Shown here piece after piece: positions 9,606 to 18,541 of a DNA stretch of 64,000 nt. Each line of letters starts with the position of its first letter. Within the stretch, counting starts at the first letter, position 1. The notes beneath the pieces were generated by a model. It worked only from the letters and a program-made list of their open reading frames with translations. It was not told the origin of the DNA and ran no database searches. Source of the stretch: a virus (taxonomy: Duplodnaviria > Caudoviricetes); the IMG/VR virus record IMGVR_UViG_3300027754_000037; one strand, written 5' to 3'. The position numbers and the translations under genes are program-made.

Positions 9606-10516
9606 ACTTTACATTTGGTAGCGATCCTGAGTTTATGGTTGGCAAGAACGAGGAAATTGTCTCAGCAATTCCGCACTTGCCAAGAAAAGAATCAGCGTTA
9701 AATCGCAATGGGCACAAGTTTTACTACGACAATGTATTGGCAGAAATCGCCATTAAGCCAGCCTCCACAAGAAATCAAGCTGTCGAACATACTCAACAAG
9801 CGTTGGGGCAACTTTCAAAGTTGATAAAGCCATATAAACTTCTGATTAGATCATCTGCAAAATATCCGATTAAGCAATTAACACACAAGGAAGCGAGAAT
9901 TGCAGGATGCAATCCTGAATGGAATGTTTATACCTTGAAGTGTGTGTTGCCTCCAGAAGATACGATTTCAAACACCTCATTCCGCACGGCTGGAGGTCAT
10001 ATCCATGTTGGGGCAGAGGGTTTGAACAATCCCGTAAAAGCTTTTGATGTTATAAGAATGATGGATTTGTTTATTGGAATACCTGCCCTATTTTTGGACA
10101 AAGATGAAACTTCCAAGGAACGCAGAAAAATTTATGGTCATGCTGGCAGTCACAGAGCAACTAATTATGGTTTTGAATACCGAAGTCTGGGTAATTTTTG
10201 GTTTCAATCACCGGATCATGTTAAATTAATTTACGATTTGGTCAATTTTGTATTGGAATTTATTGAAGAAGATGGTCATAAAAAGTTTTGGATTGTGAAC
10301 GAAGCTTTGTTGGAAAGTAACGACCCGAGCAAGGCCTACAAATGTACAGGCTATGATTCTAAACTTTTGTGTAAAACAATCAACGGATGCGATATGCAAC
10401 AGGCAGAAAAGTTTTTGATGTTTATAAACAATTATCTGCCTGATGATTTGTCTAATAAGATTGATTCGCTTTCTAATCAAGAGATGAGTGATCCTTACGA
10501 GACTTGGTGTTTGTGA
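9602..10516 (+). CDS. phiEco32-like COOH-NH2 ligase type 2
   Basis: FGSDPEF, DNVLAE, GCNPE, RTAGGHIHVG, RRKIYGHAG, YGFEYRSLGNFW motifs. Confidence 0.85.
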   Translation: MNFTFGSDPEFMVGKNEEIVSAIPHLPRKESALNRNGHKFYYDNVLAEIAIKPASTRNQAVEHTQQALGQLSKLIKPYKLLIRSSAKYPIKQLTHKEARIAGCNPEWNVYTLKCVLPPEDTISNTSFRTAGGHIHVGAEGLNNPVKAFDVIRMMDLFIGIPALFLDKDETSKERRKIYGHAGSHRATNYGFEYRSLGNFWFQSPDHVKLIYDLVNFVLEFIEEDGHKKFWIVNEALLESNDPSKAYKCTGYDSKLLCKTINGCDMQQAEKFLMFINNYLPDDLSNKIDSLSNQEMSDPYETWCL

Positions 10517-11213
10517 TTTTACGGAACTCACGACAATCTTCACGAATATCGATTGTCCTGCAATCCTTGCACATCCAAAGCATCTTGTAATTTCTGAAAA
10601 CCTGTACTTCTAGTCGCAATCTAGTATCGTGAATATAATACTTATTTTTGCAGCGATTACATTGTGTTTTACGGTGATGTTTTTTTTGTTTTCTCGGTTT
10701 GTTGGCGTGTTTTGTTTTACTTTGTTGTGAGTCTCTTGTCTTTTTATTTTTAAAATAAAACTCCTTCAGTTCCTCTGGCATTGGAGGAATGGGGAATTTG
10801 CTTCCTGCCAACCAAGCATATTCTGTTCCAGACTCGTGTTTGCTAGGAGGAAAAACTGATTGATGCAGATATCCTCGAAATTCGATTCCTGAAACTACCA
10901 GCCTTTGCAAAGTTGGGTCTGGATTGATAAAAAGATTGTGGATGGATTTGTAGCTTCTGAATTTAGGCCTTTCAATTCCATCAATCATGCGTTCCAGACG
11001 GTCGTTTGCCTCTTCTGAATCAGCCTCAACATCTACAATGTCTCCCAACAAAACACCCATGTTCATGGTGGGATCGTTGAAAAAAAATCTCCATTTTTCC
11101 ACAGACCAATTTTGGTTCCAACCTACGCCAATAGGCAATTTGTTCTGTGGATAAATTGCAATCGGTTTAAAACCCAATTGCACATATTTGTCAAAGAATC
11201 TTAAGAGGCGCAT
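10473..11213 (-). CDS. Bifunctional primase/polymerase (Prim-Pol) N-terminal domain protein with C-terminal Zn finger
   Basis: GFKPIAI...KLP...GW, NMGVLLG..VDVE, IEFRG...SVFPPSKH..G..Y.W; CNRC...CKDC at the C-terminus. Confidence 0.75.
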   Translation of the reverse strand: MRLLRFFDKYVQLGFKPIAIYPQNKLPIGVGWNQNWSVEKWRFFFNDPTMNMGVLLGDIVDVEADSEEANDRLERMIDGIERPKFRSYKSIHNLFINPDPTLQRLVVSGIEFRGYLHQSVFPPSKHESGTEYAWLAGSKFPIPPMPEELKEFYFKNKKTRDSQQSKTKHANKPRKQKKHHRKTQCNRCKNKYYIHDTRLRLEVQVFRNYKMLWMCKDCRTIDIREDCREFRKITNTKSRKDHSSLD

Positions 11214-11274
11214 TTTTTTCTCTTGGTGATTTTTTAACATAATAACAAAAAAAATTCTTAGGACAAATAAAAAA

Positions 11275-11301
11275 AAGGGACGAGAATAATTCTCGTCCCT
11301 T
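11275..11301 (-). terminator. Intrinsic terminator
   Basis: aagggacgagaa-taa-ttctcgtccctt stem-loop followed by a U run on the minus strand. Confidence 0.8.
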
Positions 11302-11322
11302 AAAATTGTTTTTTTAAATTTT

Positions 11323-12420
11323 TTACCAGTCAGAACGAATAGCTTGAGTCAAATTGTTTACATCGACGGGTGTGAACAATCCATCGCTGTACTTGGTGTC
11401 TGCATTGCCAACCATGCTGTGGACGCTGTCCCACCAAGCTTGCTCTTCATTCTTGGATTCAGCCTTCTTGTGCTTCTTGCCCTTGTGCTTCTTGTTTCTC
11501 AGCATCGCAAAGTCGCCTGCGTCAATCTTGCCGTTTTTGTTCATATCCATTTTGCTTTGACCGCCCTTGAGCATCTTTTTCTTGCTCTTCTTTGCAAATT
11601 TAAGCTTGTTTTCATCCTCATCCTCATCCTCATCCTCATCCTCATCCTCATCCTCATCCTCATCCTCATCCTCATCCTCATCCTCATCCTCATCCTCATC
11701 CTCATCCTCATCCTCATCATCGTCTTGCTGATCATCATCATCGGACCAAGCTTCGGCCTTCATCTTCTTTGTGCCGTATTTCTTTGACTTCTTTTTGCTC
11801 ATCATTTTAGGAGATTCTTCATCATGATCTTCTTCATCATGATCTTCTTCATCATGATCTTCTTCATCATGATCTTCTTCATCGTGATCTTCTTCATCAT
11901 GGTCCTCGTGACCCTCTTCGTCATGATCTTCTTCGTCATGATCTTCTTCGTCATGATCTTCTTCGTCGTGAACTGGTTTACCGACACCCTTCATGCCTTT
12001 ATTTTGTTTTACACTATCCATGTCCTCATGTTCTTCATCATCATGATGATCTTCTTCTCCTTGTCCCATGTCCATCTTCTTCTTGGATTTCATGTGAGAT
12101 TTCTTGCTGGACATAGCACCGCACTTAGAGCACTTCTTTTTAGACATTGAGCCACACTTAGAGCAGACGCTGATGTCGCCATCATCGTCGTGGCCGACAA
12201 CATCGACATCTGCATCGTCAGAAGGTTTATCTTTGGCAGAGGAGGGCTTCACGATCTCTCCATCACCTGTAACCATCTTCTTTTTCTTCTTCTTTTCAGA
12301 CTTGACTTCTTCAAATCCATACTGAGATTGAATGCCAAGATTGCTGACCCTGCCCAATCCAAGGTTAAAGCTGGGAAGAATGGACTCATTCAAAGTCTTC
12401 CATTTTGTGTACGATAACAT
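11323..12420 (-). CDS. Low-complexity charged protein (K-rich, D/E-rich and His-rich blocks, EF-hand-like motif); probable head-core/internal protein
   Basis: SD GAGGA before ATG 12420; MLSYTKWKTLNE; CSKC x2; (DHDEE)n; (DE)n; DMNKNGKIDAGDF. Confidence 0.8.
   Translation of the reverse strand: MLSYTKWKTLNESILPSFNLGLGRVSNLGIQSQYGFEEVKSEKKKKKKMVTGDGEIVKPSSAKDKPSDDADVDVVGHDDDGDISVCSKCGSMSKKKCSKCGAMSSKKSHMKSKKKMDMGQGEEDHHDDEEHEDMDSVKQNKGMKGVGKPVHDEEDHDEEDHDEEDHDEEGHEDHDEEDHDEEDHDEEDHDEEDHDEEDHDEESPKMMSKKKSKKYGTKKMKAEAWSDDDDQQDDDEDEDEDEDEDEDEDEDEDEDEDEDEDEDEDEDEDENKLKFAKKSKKKMLKGGQSKMDMNKNGKIDAGDFAMLRNKKHKGKKHKKAESKNEEQAWWDSVHSMVGNADTKYSDGLFTPVDVNNLTQAIRSDW
11612..11713. repeat. Perfect hexanucleotide tandem repeat (TCATCC)x17 encoding a poly-(Asp-Glu) run
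   Basis: Counted directly from the sequence. Confidence 0.95.
11814..11968. repeat. 15-nt tandem repeat encoding (DHDEE)n, about 9-10 imperfect copies
   Basis: tcttcttcatcatga units seen directly. Confidence 0.9.
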
Positions 12421-12509
12421 GATTGTCCTCTTAATAAAGAATATGAAACATAAGGAGAGTATATCAAAACTATATATGTCGAATAAAAATATTTTAGCAA
12501 GGAAATAAG

Positions 12510-13313
12510 ATGAATAAGGTGGTTCTGGCAACAGTCGCTTTAGTAGGTTTTTTAATTTTTTTTTGGTATGCAAAGAACAACAGCATTCATGTTTCAGAAT
12601 ATGTAGATGAATCGATAATATCTCCTGAATCAAAAAACAGGGACAAGAACATCATAAAAATAGTCGAAAAAATCAATCAAAAAAATCAAAACATCAAAAC
12701 TTTAGCCGTAGACTACATGCCTATGCGTGTTTCGACAGGCGGTGCAACATATAAGCTGAACGGGAATCTACTCTACGAAAAAGAAAAAAATTTCAGGCTA
12801 AAAGTTCATCATCGTCTAACTGGATTGGAAATGGATATTGGCTCAAATAAGTCAGAATTTTGGTTTTGGTCCAAAAGAATGCAGCCCCCAGCCCTATATT
12901 TTAGTCCTCACGACAAGCTAGGCATTACCAACTTAAAGACACCTCTGAATCCTGATTGGATGATTGAATCCTTGAATATTGGACTCGTGGACACAAAAAA
13001 TATTGCTCAAACCTCACAAAAGGGAAATTTGTGTTTCACCTACGAACCAAGAACTAGTGCTTTGGGAGATCCCGTGACCATGATTACTGTTTATAATCTT
13101 AAAAATCTCTGTGTTGTCGGCAGAAATTTGATTGATGAAGACGGCAATAAAATCATAACAACTTCATATGAAGGCGACACCATGAACACCTTGTGGCACA
13201 ACGAAGGTATCATAATGGAATGGAATCTAGCTACAAAACAAGTAAATCCAGATGTGGACAGAAAAATGTTTGTGTTGCCAGATTACAAGAAGAAAATAGA
13301 CCTGTCTAAATAA
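12510..13313 (+). CDS. Membrane-anchored exported protein, possibly LolA-like fold
   Basis: N-terminal hydrophobic helix VVLATVALVGFLIFFWY; NFRLKV...MDIGSNKSEFWFW motif. The fold call is recollection, not a search result. Confidence 0.5.
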   Translation: MNKVVLATVALVGFLIFFWYAKNNSIHVSEYVDESIISPESKNRDKNIIKIVEKINQKNQNIKTLAVDYMPMRVSTGGATYKLNGNLLYEKEKNFRLKVHHRLTGLEMDIGSNKSEFWFWSKRMQPPALYFSPHDKLGITNLKTPLNPDWMIESLNIGLVDTKNIAQTSQKGNLCFTYEPRTSALGDPVTMITVYNLKNLCVVGRNLIDEDGNKIITTSYEGDTMNTLWHNEGIIMEWNLATKQVNPDVDRKMFVLPDYKKKIDLSK

Positions 13314-13316
13314 AAA

Positions 13317-13346
13317 TTGCCGCCCTTTCGGACGGCAAGTTTTTTT
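13317..13346. terminator. Intrinsic terminator between convergent genes
   Basis: ttgccg...cggcaa stem, A run before and T run after. Confidence 0.7.
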
Positions 13347-13365
13347 GTTGTAAAACTTGACAACC

Positions 13366-13605
13366 TTATTTGTTGAGAGCTCTTCTAATCGCATCTCTTC
13401 GTAAAGCCTGCGTCTTCCTTTGTTCAGAAGTAACACCGCCGGAATTTCTGACGGGAGCAGGAGTCATTGAATTGTTGGTTTGTGCAGGATTCATGGCTGC
13501 TGTTACCGATCCTTGGATTCCACGAACATTGCCCGTGGGCCTGAGCATAGGTCTGCTACGGTAACTGCCGCCTGCCCCGCCTCCTTTACTGCATCCACAA
13601 GCCAT
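13366..13605 (-). CDS. Small basic protein with N-terminal CGC motif
   Basis: MACGCSKGG; SD GGAGG. Confidence 0.75.
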   Translation of the reverse strand: MACGCSKGGGAGGSYRSRPMLRPTGNVRGIQGSVTAAMNPAQTNNSMTPAPVRNSGGVTSEQRKTQALRRDAIRRALNK

Positions 13606-13618
13606 TTTGCCTCCGTAA

Positions 13619-13777
13619 TTATAAATATTTGATTCTGGCTATCTTGCTTTTTCTCTCTTCTACGGCCTTGATGCGATCTGCCAAATCCTTTTGACTTACC
13701 GTAAGAGGCCTAAAACCAAAATTTTTGGGTAGTGCTGATTTAGCTCCACAACCACAACCTTTTTGATTTTTCTCCAT
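13619..13777 (-). CDS. Small basic protein (52 aa) with CGC motif, not in the ORF track
   Basis: Manual translation MEKNQKGCGCGAKSALPK...ARIKYL*; CATAAATA box 4 nt upstream. Confidence 0.7.
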   Translation of the reverse strand: MEKNQKGCGCGAKSALPKNFGFRPLTVSQKDLADRIKAVEERKSKIARIKYL

Positions 13778-13805
13778 ACTCTATTTATGCTAGGAGATTT
13801 GCATT

Positions 13806-15320
13806 ATGGTAGATGAAGCTGAAATTGAGAGTCTTATCAAACAAGCTATTGATGCATCCTACAAAAAACTTACCGAAGAGCAGTATGAAGCAGTCTGCGT
13901 CATCACTAAACAGGTTTTAAAAATCTTTCCAGAAAATACTCACGCTCTTCACATGCTCGGAGTTGCGCTCCACGCCTTGGGTGAATTCAAGGATGCATTG
14001 CAAATTATTGAGAAATTACATCAATTGGAGCCCAAAAATTATGAAAACATCAACAACATGGCGCTGACGCTGTCTAGTTTGGGCCAACATGAAAAAAGCG
14101 TGGAACTACTTATACAAGCAATCGAGGTAAAGTGTGATTTGCCAAGCCTTTACAACAATTTGGCCCTCAGCTACCGAAGCTTGGATCAGCACGAAAATGC
14201 CATCAATGTTCTCCTCAAGTCGTTGAATCTCACACAAGAACCAAAAACATATGGTTTGTTGGGTGCTTGTCATGGTGAAATGCAAAATTTAGAGAAAGCC
14301 AAGGACTTTTTCATGAAAGCCTTAGAGCTTGATCCTGAGTATTATCCCGCAAGAGTTGACCTCGCTGCGGTATATCATTTAATGGGTGATTATGATGCAG
14401 GATTCAGGGAATATGAACATCGTTTCAAGGTTTATGAACAACTAAGTTTATGGATGCGTGTTTACAAATCTGAAAAAAGATGGCAGGGGCAAAGTCTTGA
14501 TGGAAAAACAATTATAATACACACGGAACAAGGTTTAGGCGACAATATTCATTTTGTAAGATATGTCCCGCTTTTAAGGCGATGGAATGTGAAGATAATC
14601 ATTCATTGCAGCGAGTCTTTAAGAGAATTATTTTCGCCATTTGCAGATGAGATTTACACAGAAGACCCCAAAAAAATTGAGCAAAATCCCGAAGAGTTCA
14701 AAACTCCAGAACATGATTATGCCTGCTCAGTTGTGAGTTTATTGCATCTTTTGGACAATCCTCCGATACCATCTTGTTCTTACATTCATTTAAAAACCGC
14801 TGTGGACATGTCTGCATATGAGGGTCTTTTCAAGATAGGAATAGTGTGGGCTGGTAATCCCCAGCACCCGAATGATCGCAAGAGATCATGCCATTTGAAG
14901 ATGTTTAGGGATATTCAGAACTTGCCGGGAGTAAAACTATTCAGCCTTATGAAGGACACAAGGCTTAGGTTTTATAGCGATAAAGACTCTCCAATTGACT
15001 TGACGGCAGGCACAGAGGACATGAAAATCGTTGATATGTCGGAGAAAATGAATTCACTTGCTGACACAGCTAGGATTTTAAATTCATTAGATTTGGTCAT
15101 AGGAGTGGATACTTCGGTAATTCATCTTGCGGGTGCTATGGGAGTGCCAACATTTTGCGCTCTAGCTTGGAATCCTGACTGGAGATGGAAACTACAAGGC
15201 AAAAGCACGGAATGGTATGGGAGCGTTTGCCTGTTTAGACAGACAATCAAAGATGATTGGCACCATGTGTTTGAAGATATTTTAGCTGGGGTTAAAAAAC
15301 AAATCGGATGTGCCAACTAG
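13806..15320 (+). CDS. TPR-repeat glycosyltransferase (GT-B, GT9-like C-terminus)
   Basis: TPR helices, then EQGLGDNIHFVRY, IGIVWAGNPQH.ND..RS, LDLVIGVDTSVIHLAGAMG, WRW. Confidence 0.88.
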   Translation: MVDEAEIESLIKQAIDASYKKLTEEQYEAVCVITKQVLKIFPENTHALHMLGVALHALGEFKDALQIIEKLHQLEPKNYENINNMALTLSSLGQHEKSVELLIQAIEVKCDLPSLYNNLALSYRSLDQHENAINVLLKSLNLTQEPKTYGLLGACHGEMQNLEKAKDFFMKALELDPEYYPARVDLAAVYHLMGDYDAGFREYEHRFKVYEQLSLWMRVYKSEKRWQGQSLDGKTIIIHTEQGLGDNIHFVRYVPLLRRWNVKIIIHCSESLRELFSPFADEIYTEDPKKIEQNPEEFKTPEHDYACSVVSLLHLLDNPPIPSCSYIHLKTAVDMSAYEGLFKIGIVWAGNPQHPNDRKRSCHLKMFRDIQNLPGVKLFSLMKDTRLRFYSDKDSPIDLTAGTEDMKIVDMSEKMNSLADTARILNSLDLVIGVDTSVIHLAGAMGVPTFCALAWNPDWRWKLQGKSTEWYGSVCLFRQTIKDDWHHVFEDILAGVKKQIGCAN

Positions 15321-15368
15321 ACACATCCGATTAAAGACAAGCATCAAGAATTAGCGAGTCTTGTCGTT

Positions 15369-15701
15369 TTAATTAGTGGTAGCAGGAGGGGCTTGCGTTG
15401 TGTTAACGCTACGGTTGACGGAAGACTTCTTAGCAGCCTTCTTGGCAACTGGAGCCTTTGCATCAGGAGTCTTGGATACGGTGGCGTTTGGATCGACGAA
15501 ATTCACATCGGAGTATCCATACCTCTTAGCAAAGTTGCGGGCAGAACCTGCAACTGCGCTTCGGCTGGGAAATTGAGTGGTGCCATCGGCCTTGCGGACG
15601 AGCTTGGTGGGCTTGGCACCTTCAATGCTGACAGTACCCTCATAGACTTCACCTTCGGAGGTCTTGCGGGTAGTCAAACGAACAGACAGAGTATTACTCA
15701 T
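15369..15701 (-). CDS. Hypothetical protein with K/A-rich histone-like tail
   Basis: SD GAAAGGT before ATG 15701; PVAKKAAKKS. Confidence 0.7.
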   Translation of the reverse strand: MSNTLSVRLTTRKTSEGEVYEGTVSIEGAKPTKLVRKADGTTQFPSRSAVAGSARNFAKRYGYSDVNFVDPNATVSKTPDAKAPVAKKAAKKSSVNRSVNTTQAPPATTN

Positions 15702-15770
15702 GTTTAAACCTTTCAATTGAAATTCAAATAGCGTACATTACGCACATACGATTTTAAGTATGATTAAATT

Positions 15771-16478
15771 TTAAGTCAACATATTTTTGCCAATTTGTTC
15801 AAAAAATACCAAACTTTTTGACTTATCGCTCGGCACTTGCATGACCAGTTCACCGCATTTGCCCAGAGTTGGCATCAATATCAATTTGTTTTTGGGTCTG
15901 AATCTTTGCTTATAAAACTCGTCCACAGCAATCTTGAACTTCTTAAAATAAGCCTCGACATTCAAACCTACGATTGTTTCCCATGTGTTGAAACATGAGA
16001 TTATGTTGATAATTGTCTTGTAAACTTCCTCCAAAGGTAATTGCTTGGGCTTTTTCCCGATCTTTGAAAAATCCACGAACCAGAGCATGGTTTGTGGATC
16101 ATAAGCAAAAATTGGATTCAATAATCCAACTTGTTGATGAATCTTGATAAAATCTCTGATTTCCGAGAGGTAAATTTTTTTGGATGCGAAAGATGAAATA
16201 TAGTTGCAGAAATAAAATTGGGCAAAAATCGGCCTGAAGCTGAGGATCAGGACATCCTTTCTGCGTTTGTAATTAAATCCGTGTCTGATACAGAAGTTGC
16301 AAAAGAAGTTGCTTTCTTGGCAAATCGATTGGCAAAACTTGGTGTCTTGCTTTTCAGAATGGCATTTTTTTTCACAAAAACAGCAGTTGCGAATAAATAT
16401 ATCAGATAACTCTTGTGAGGTAGAAGCTGGGATTTTTTCGATCCTAACTTCGCTGACATACATATTTTGCGGTTTCAT
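15771..16478 (-). CDS. Cys-rich hypothetical protein (putative Zn-binding)
   Basis: CCFC, CQSIC, CNFC. Confidence 0.7.
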   Translation of the reverse strand: MKPQNMYVSEVRIEKIPASTSQELSDIFIRNCCFCEKKCHSEKQDTKFCQSICQESNFFCNFCIRHGFNYKRRKDVLILSFRPIFAQFYFCNYISSFASKKIYLSEIRDFIKIHQQVGLLNPIFAYDPQTMLWFVDFSKIGKKPKQLPLEEVYKTIINIISCFNTWETIVGLNVEAYFKKFKIAVDEFYKQRFRPKNKLILMPTLGKCGELVMQVPSDKSKSLVFFEQIGKNMLT

Positions 16479-16557
16479 TTTTCACCAAGAAATTAATGTA
16501 AAACTGCATACATATCATAAGTTAGTTAGTTTCACTCATCTATGAGACGAGGAAAAT

Positions 16558-16788
16558 ATGAAGACATTTGTGAAATGGGCTGAGAAAACCAAGAAAGAAC
16601 TTCCTGTATACACCCAAGAGGAATCTGGTGCAAGTCGTCGTGGTGGCATTGCTTACTGGGCATACCCCGATGCCTATATAAGGGCTCAATATCCTGATGC
16701 GCACTTCACCCCAATCGCTGCCGATGCCCTGTTCAAACTGGGTTATGCCAAGGGTGGACCCAAGGCTGGTAAGGAGAAAAACGGATAA
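16558..16788 (+). CDS. Small protein, paralog A of a tandem pair
   Basis: MKTFVKWAEKTKKELPVY...RGGIAYWAYPD; SD GAGGA. Confidence 0.85.
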   Translation: MKTFVKWAEKTKKELPVYTQEESGASRRGGIAYWAYPDAYIRAQYPDAHFTPIAADALFKLGYAKGGPKAGKEKNG

Positions 16789-17093
16789 TGCGTACTTTTG
16801 TTCAATGGGCTGGTAAGACTAAAAAAGAACTTCCGGTTTACTCCCAAAATGAAGGTGGAAGTACAGCGAGAGGCGGAATAGCACATTGGGCTTATCCAGA
16901 TGGATATGTTCGTAGTCACTATCCAGATGCTTATTTCATGTCTAGGGCTGCTGATGCCTTGTGGAAGATGTCCCCCGGACCTCCAATTACCCCACACAAG
17001 CACCATGTGAGCCACGAGACACCACCGGATTATGCGATTGGACTGGATGGCAAGCTCAGACCGGAAAAAGAAGTCGATTACGAGACAGACTGA
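16788..17093 (+). CDS. Small protein, paralog B of a tandem pair
   Basis: MRTFVQWAGKTKKELPVY...RGGIAHWAYPD; TAATG coupling. Confidence 0.85.
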   Translation: MRTFVQWAGKTKKELPVYSQNEGGSTARGGIAHWAYPDGYVRSHYPDAYFMSRAADALWKMSPGPPITPHKHHVSHETPPDYAIGLDGKLRPEKEVDYETD

Positions 17094-17094
17094 T

Positions 17095-17126
17095 GAAAAA
17101 ACCCGGTCCATCAAGACCGGGTTTTT
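17095..17126. terminator. Bidirectional intrinsic terminator
   Basis: aaaaaacccggtc...gaccgggttttt. Confidence 0.8.
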
Positions 17127-17128
17127 CT

Positions 17129-17461
17129 CTAAGTCTTGACCTTATTTATCCTACTATCGTGATCCTCATCTGTTATTGATTTTTTTAGAGTTGGAATCAT
17201 TTGTGGAACTCTCTCCCAATAGCCCCATTGATCATCGTTTTGAGGATTCTGGAAGATAAGCCCCTTTTTGAAATACTTGTTCAACAATTGTTCCACACGC
17301 TCCTTGGAAAGTCCCGACTCCTTGGCAATTGCAGCAACGCTTCTCCATTGCCATTTTGGGTGACGAGCGATTGCAATAAAGAAATCCTGTTCTTCATCAC
17401 CAGCCTTGCTGCCTTGGGGGTAAATATCAGTCCATTTCGGCAAATTTACAGCAGTAGTCAT
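17129..17461 (-). CDS. Putative winged-HTH DNA-binding protein
   Basis: SVAAIAKESGLSKERVEQLLNKYFKKGLI; SD GGAG before ATG 17461. Confidence 0.6.
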   Translation of the reverse strand: MTTAVNLPKWTDIYPQGSKAGDEEQDFFIAIARHPKWQWRSVAAIAKESGLSKERVEQLLNKYFKKGLIFQNPQNDDQWGYWERVPQMIPTLKKSITDEDHDSRINKVKT

Positions 17462-17537
17462 ATAGTTCTCCAAAAACAAAATATTCAGCACACTATATTA
17501 TCGAGTAGTAGGACGAAAATTCCAAACAAAGGAAAAC

Positions 17538-18011
17538 ATGAAGTACACATCACGAATGAACCGTCATGAGCGCAGAGAAATGCATGCTGTTCAACTTGCA
17601 AATAACATGGGCGGTACTGGCTTATACATCTTTGAAAACAACACGGACGGTGACCTCAAGCTTCCCAAAGCAACAGCAAGCGGTGTCAGAATGATTGGTC
17701 CAAGAAAAAGATTCCAAGGGGATAGCTACTTTATGAAATTGGTGGGCCATCCTATGAATCTCCTTCGGTTTATTGAGGAGATTGTACCCAAGGGCGCACC
17801 TCAATCTCAATTAAAGGAAAGTACCATGCAAGCAGATAAACTTATTCTTGATCAGCCCGATACAGTTACCACCAAGGGCAAAATCGAACATGTCGTTGAA
17901 TCAGGCCCCAAAACCATGCCCATCAATGATGCAACAGTATTGACCCAACCCTTTCCTGATGTTCTCCTTAACGAGAACCCTTTGTATGGCGTTGAAATCA
18001 TCAAAGGTTAA
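17538..18011 (+). CDS. Hypothetical protein
   Basis: 157 aa, SD AAGGA. Confidence 0.75.
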   Translation: MKYTSRMNRHERREMHAVQLANNMGGTGLYIFENNTDGDLKLPKATASGVRMIGPRKRFQGDSYFMKLVGHPMNLLRFIEEIVPKGAPQSQLKESTMQADKLILDQPDTVTTKGKIEHVVESGPKTMPINDATVLTQPFPDVLLNENPLYGVEIIKG

Positions 18012-18061
18012 GTTCTACTAGTATAATCCCTATATTATCTTAATAATATCTATATACCCGT

Positions 18062-18541
18062 ATGAATTCCCGCTGGATAGGGCAGCGGAACGGTTCGGGT
18101 TGCGGACCCGTTGCCATTTTGAATCTCTTGAAATGGCTAGGCGAGCCTATCTCCTACGCTGAAAATTATCGCTATTATTCTAAAAAAATGAAGACTAGCA
18201 GGTATGGGACGGAACTCCGTGATTTTGTGCGTATTTTGTACGGCATAAATGGAATTAAAATAAGTCCAAGAAATGTTCCAGACATCGGCGTGATTGAAGA
18301 AGCCTTGGATAATGGCAAGGCAGTCATTATGAAATCGGCGTATTTTAACGGTAAGGATTTGGAAGGGCACTATTTTCTGGTAACGGAAAAAACTGAAAAA
18401 TCATTTTTTTGCGTAAACATCAACAGAAAACATCAATGGGTTTCAAAACCCAGTTTCAGATTAAAATGGTTGCAACACCATCAAAATTATTGCAACACCT
18501 GTGGAATAGCTCCGTATTGTTGGATTGTCAGAAAAGTGTAG
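18062..18541 (+). CDS. Peptidase C39-like cysteine protease
   Basis: QRNGSGCGPVAI (Gln, catalytic Cys), GHYFLV (His), CVN. Confidence 0.75.
   Translation: MNSRWIGQRNGSGCGPVAILNLLKWLGEPISYAENYRYYSKKMKTSRYGTELRDFVRILYGINGIKISPRNVPDIGVIEEALDNGKAVIMKSAYFNGKDLEGHYFLVTEKTEKSFFCVNINRKHQWVSKPSFRLKWLQHHQNYCNTCGIAPYCWIVRKV

Noticed and set aside
11344-12150. (IL)n, (MR)n, MIFFI and IMKK ORFs
   Set aside because: Alternative frames of the (TCATCC)n and 15-nt repeats inside the 11323-12420 gene.
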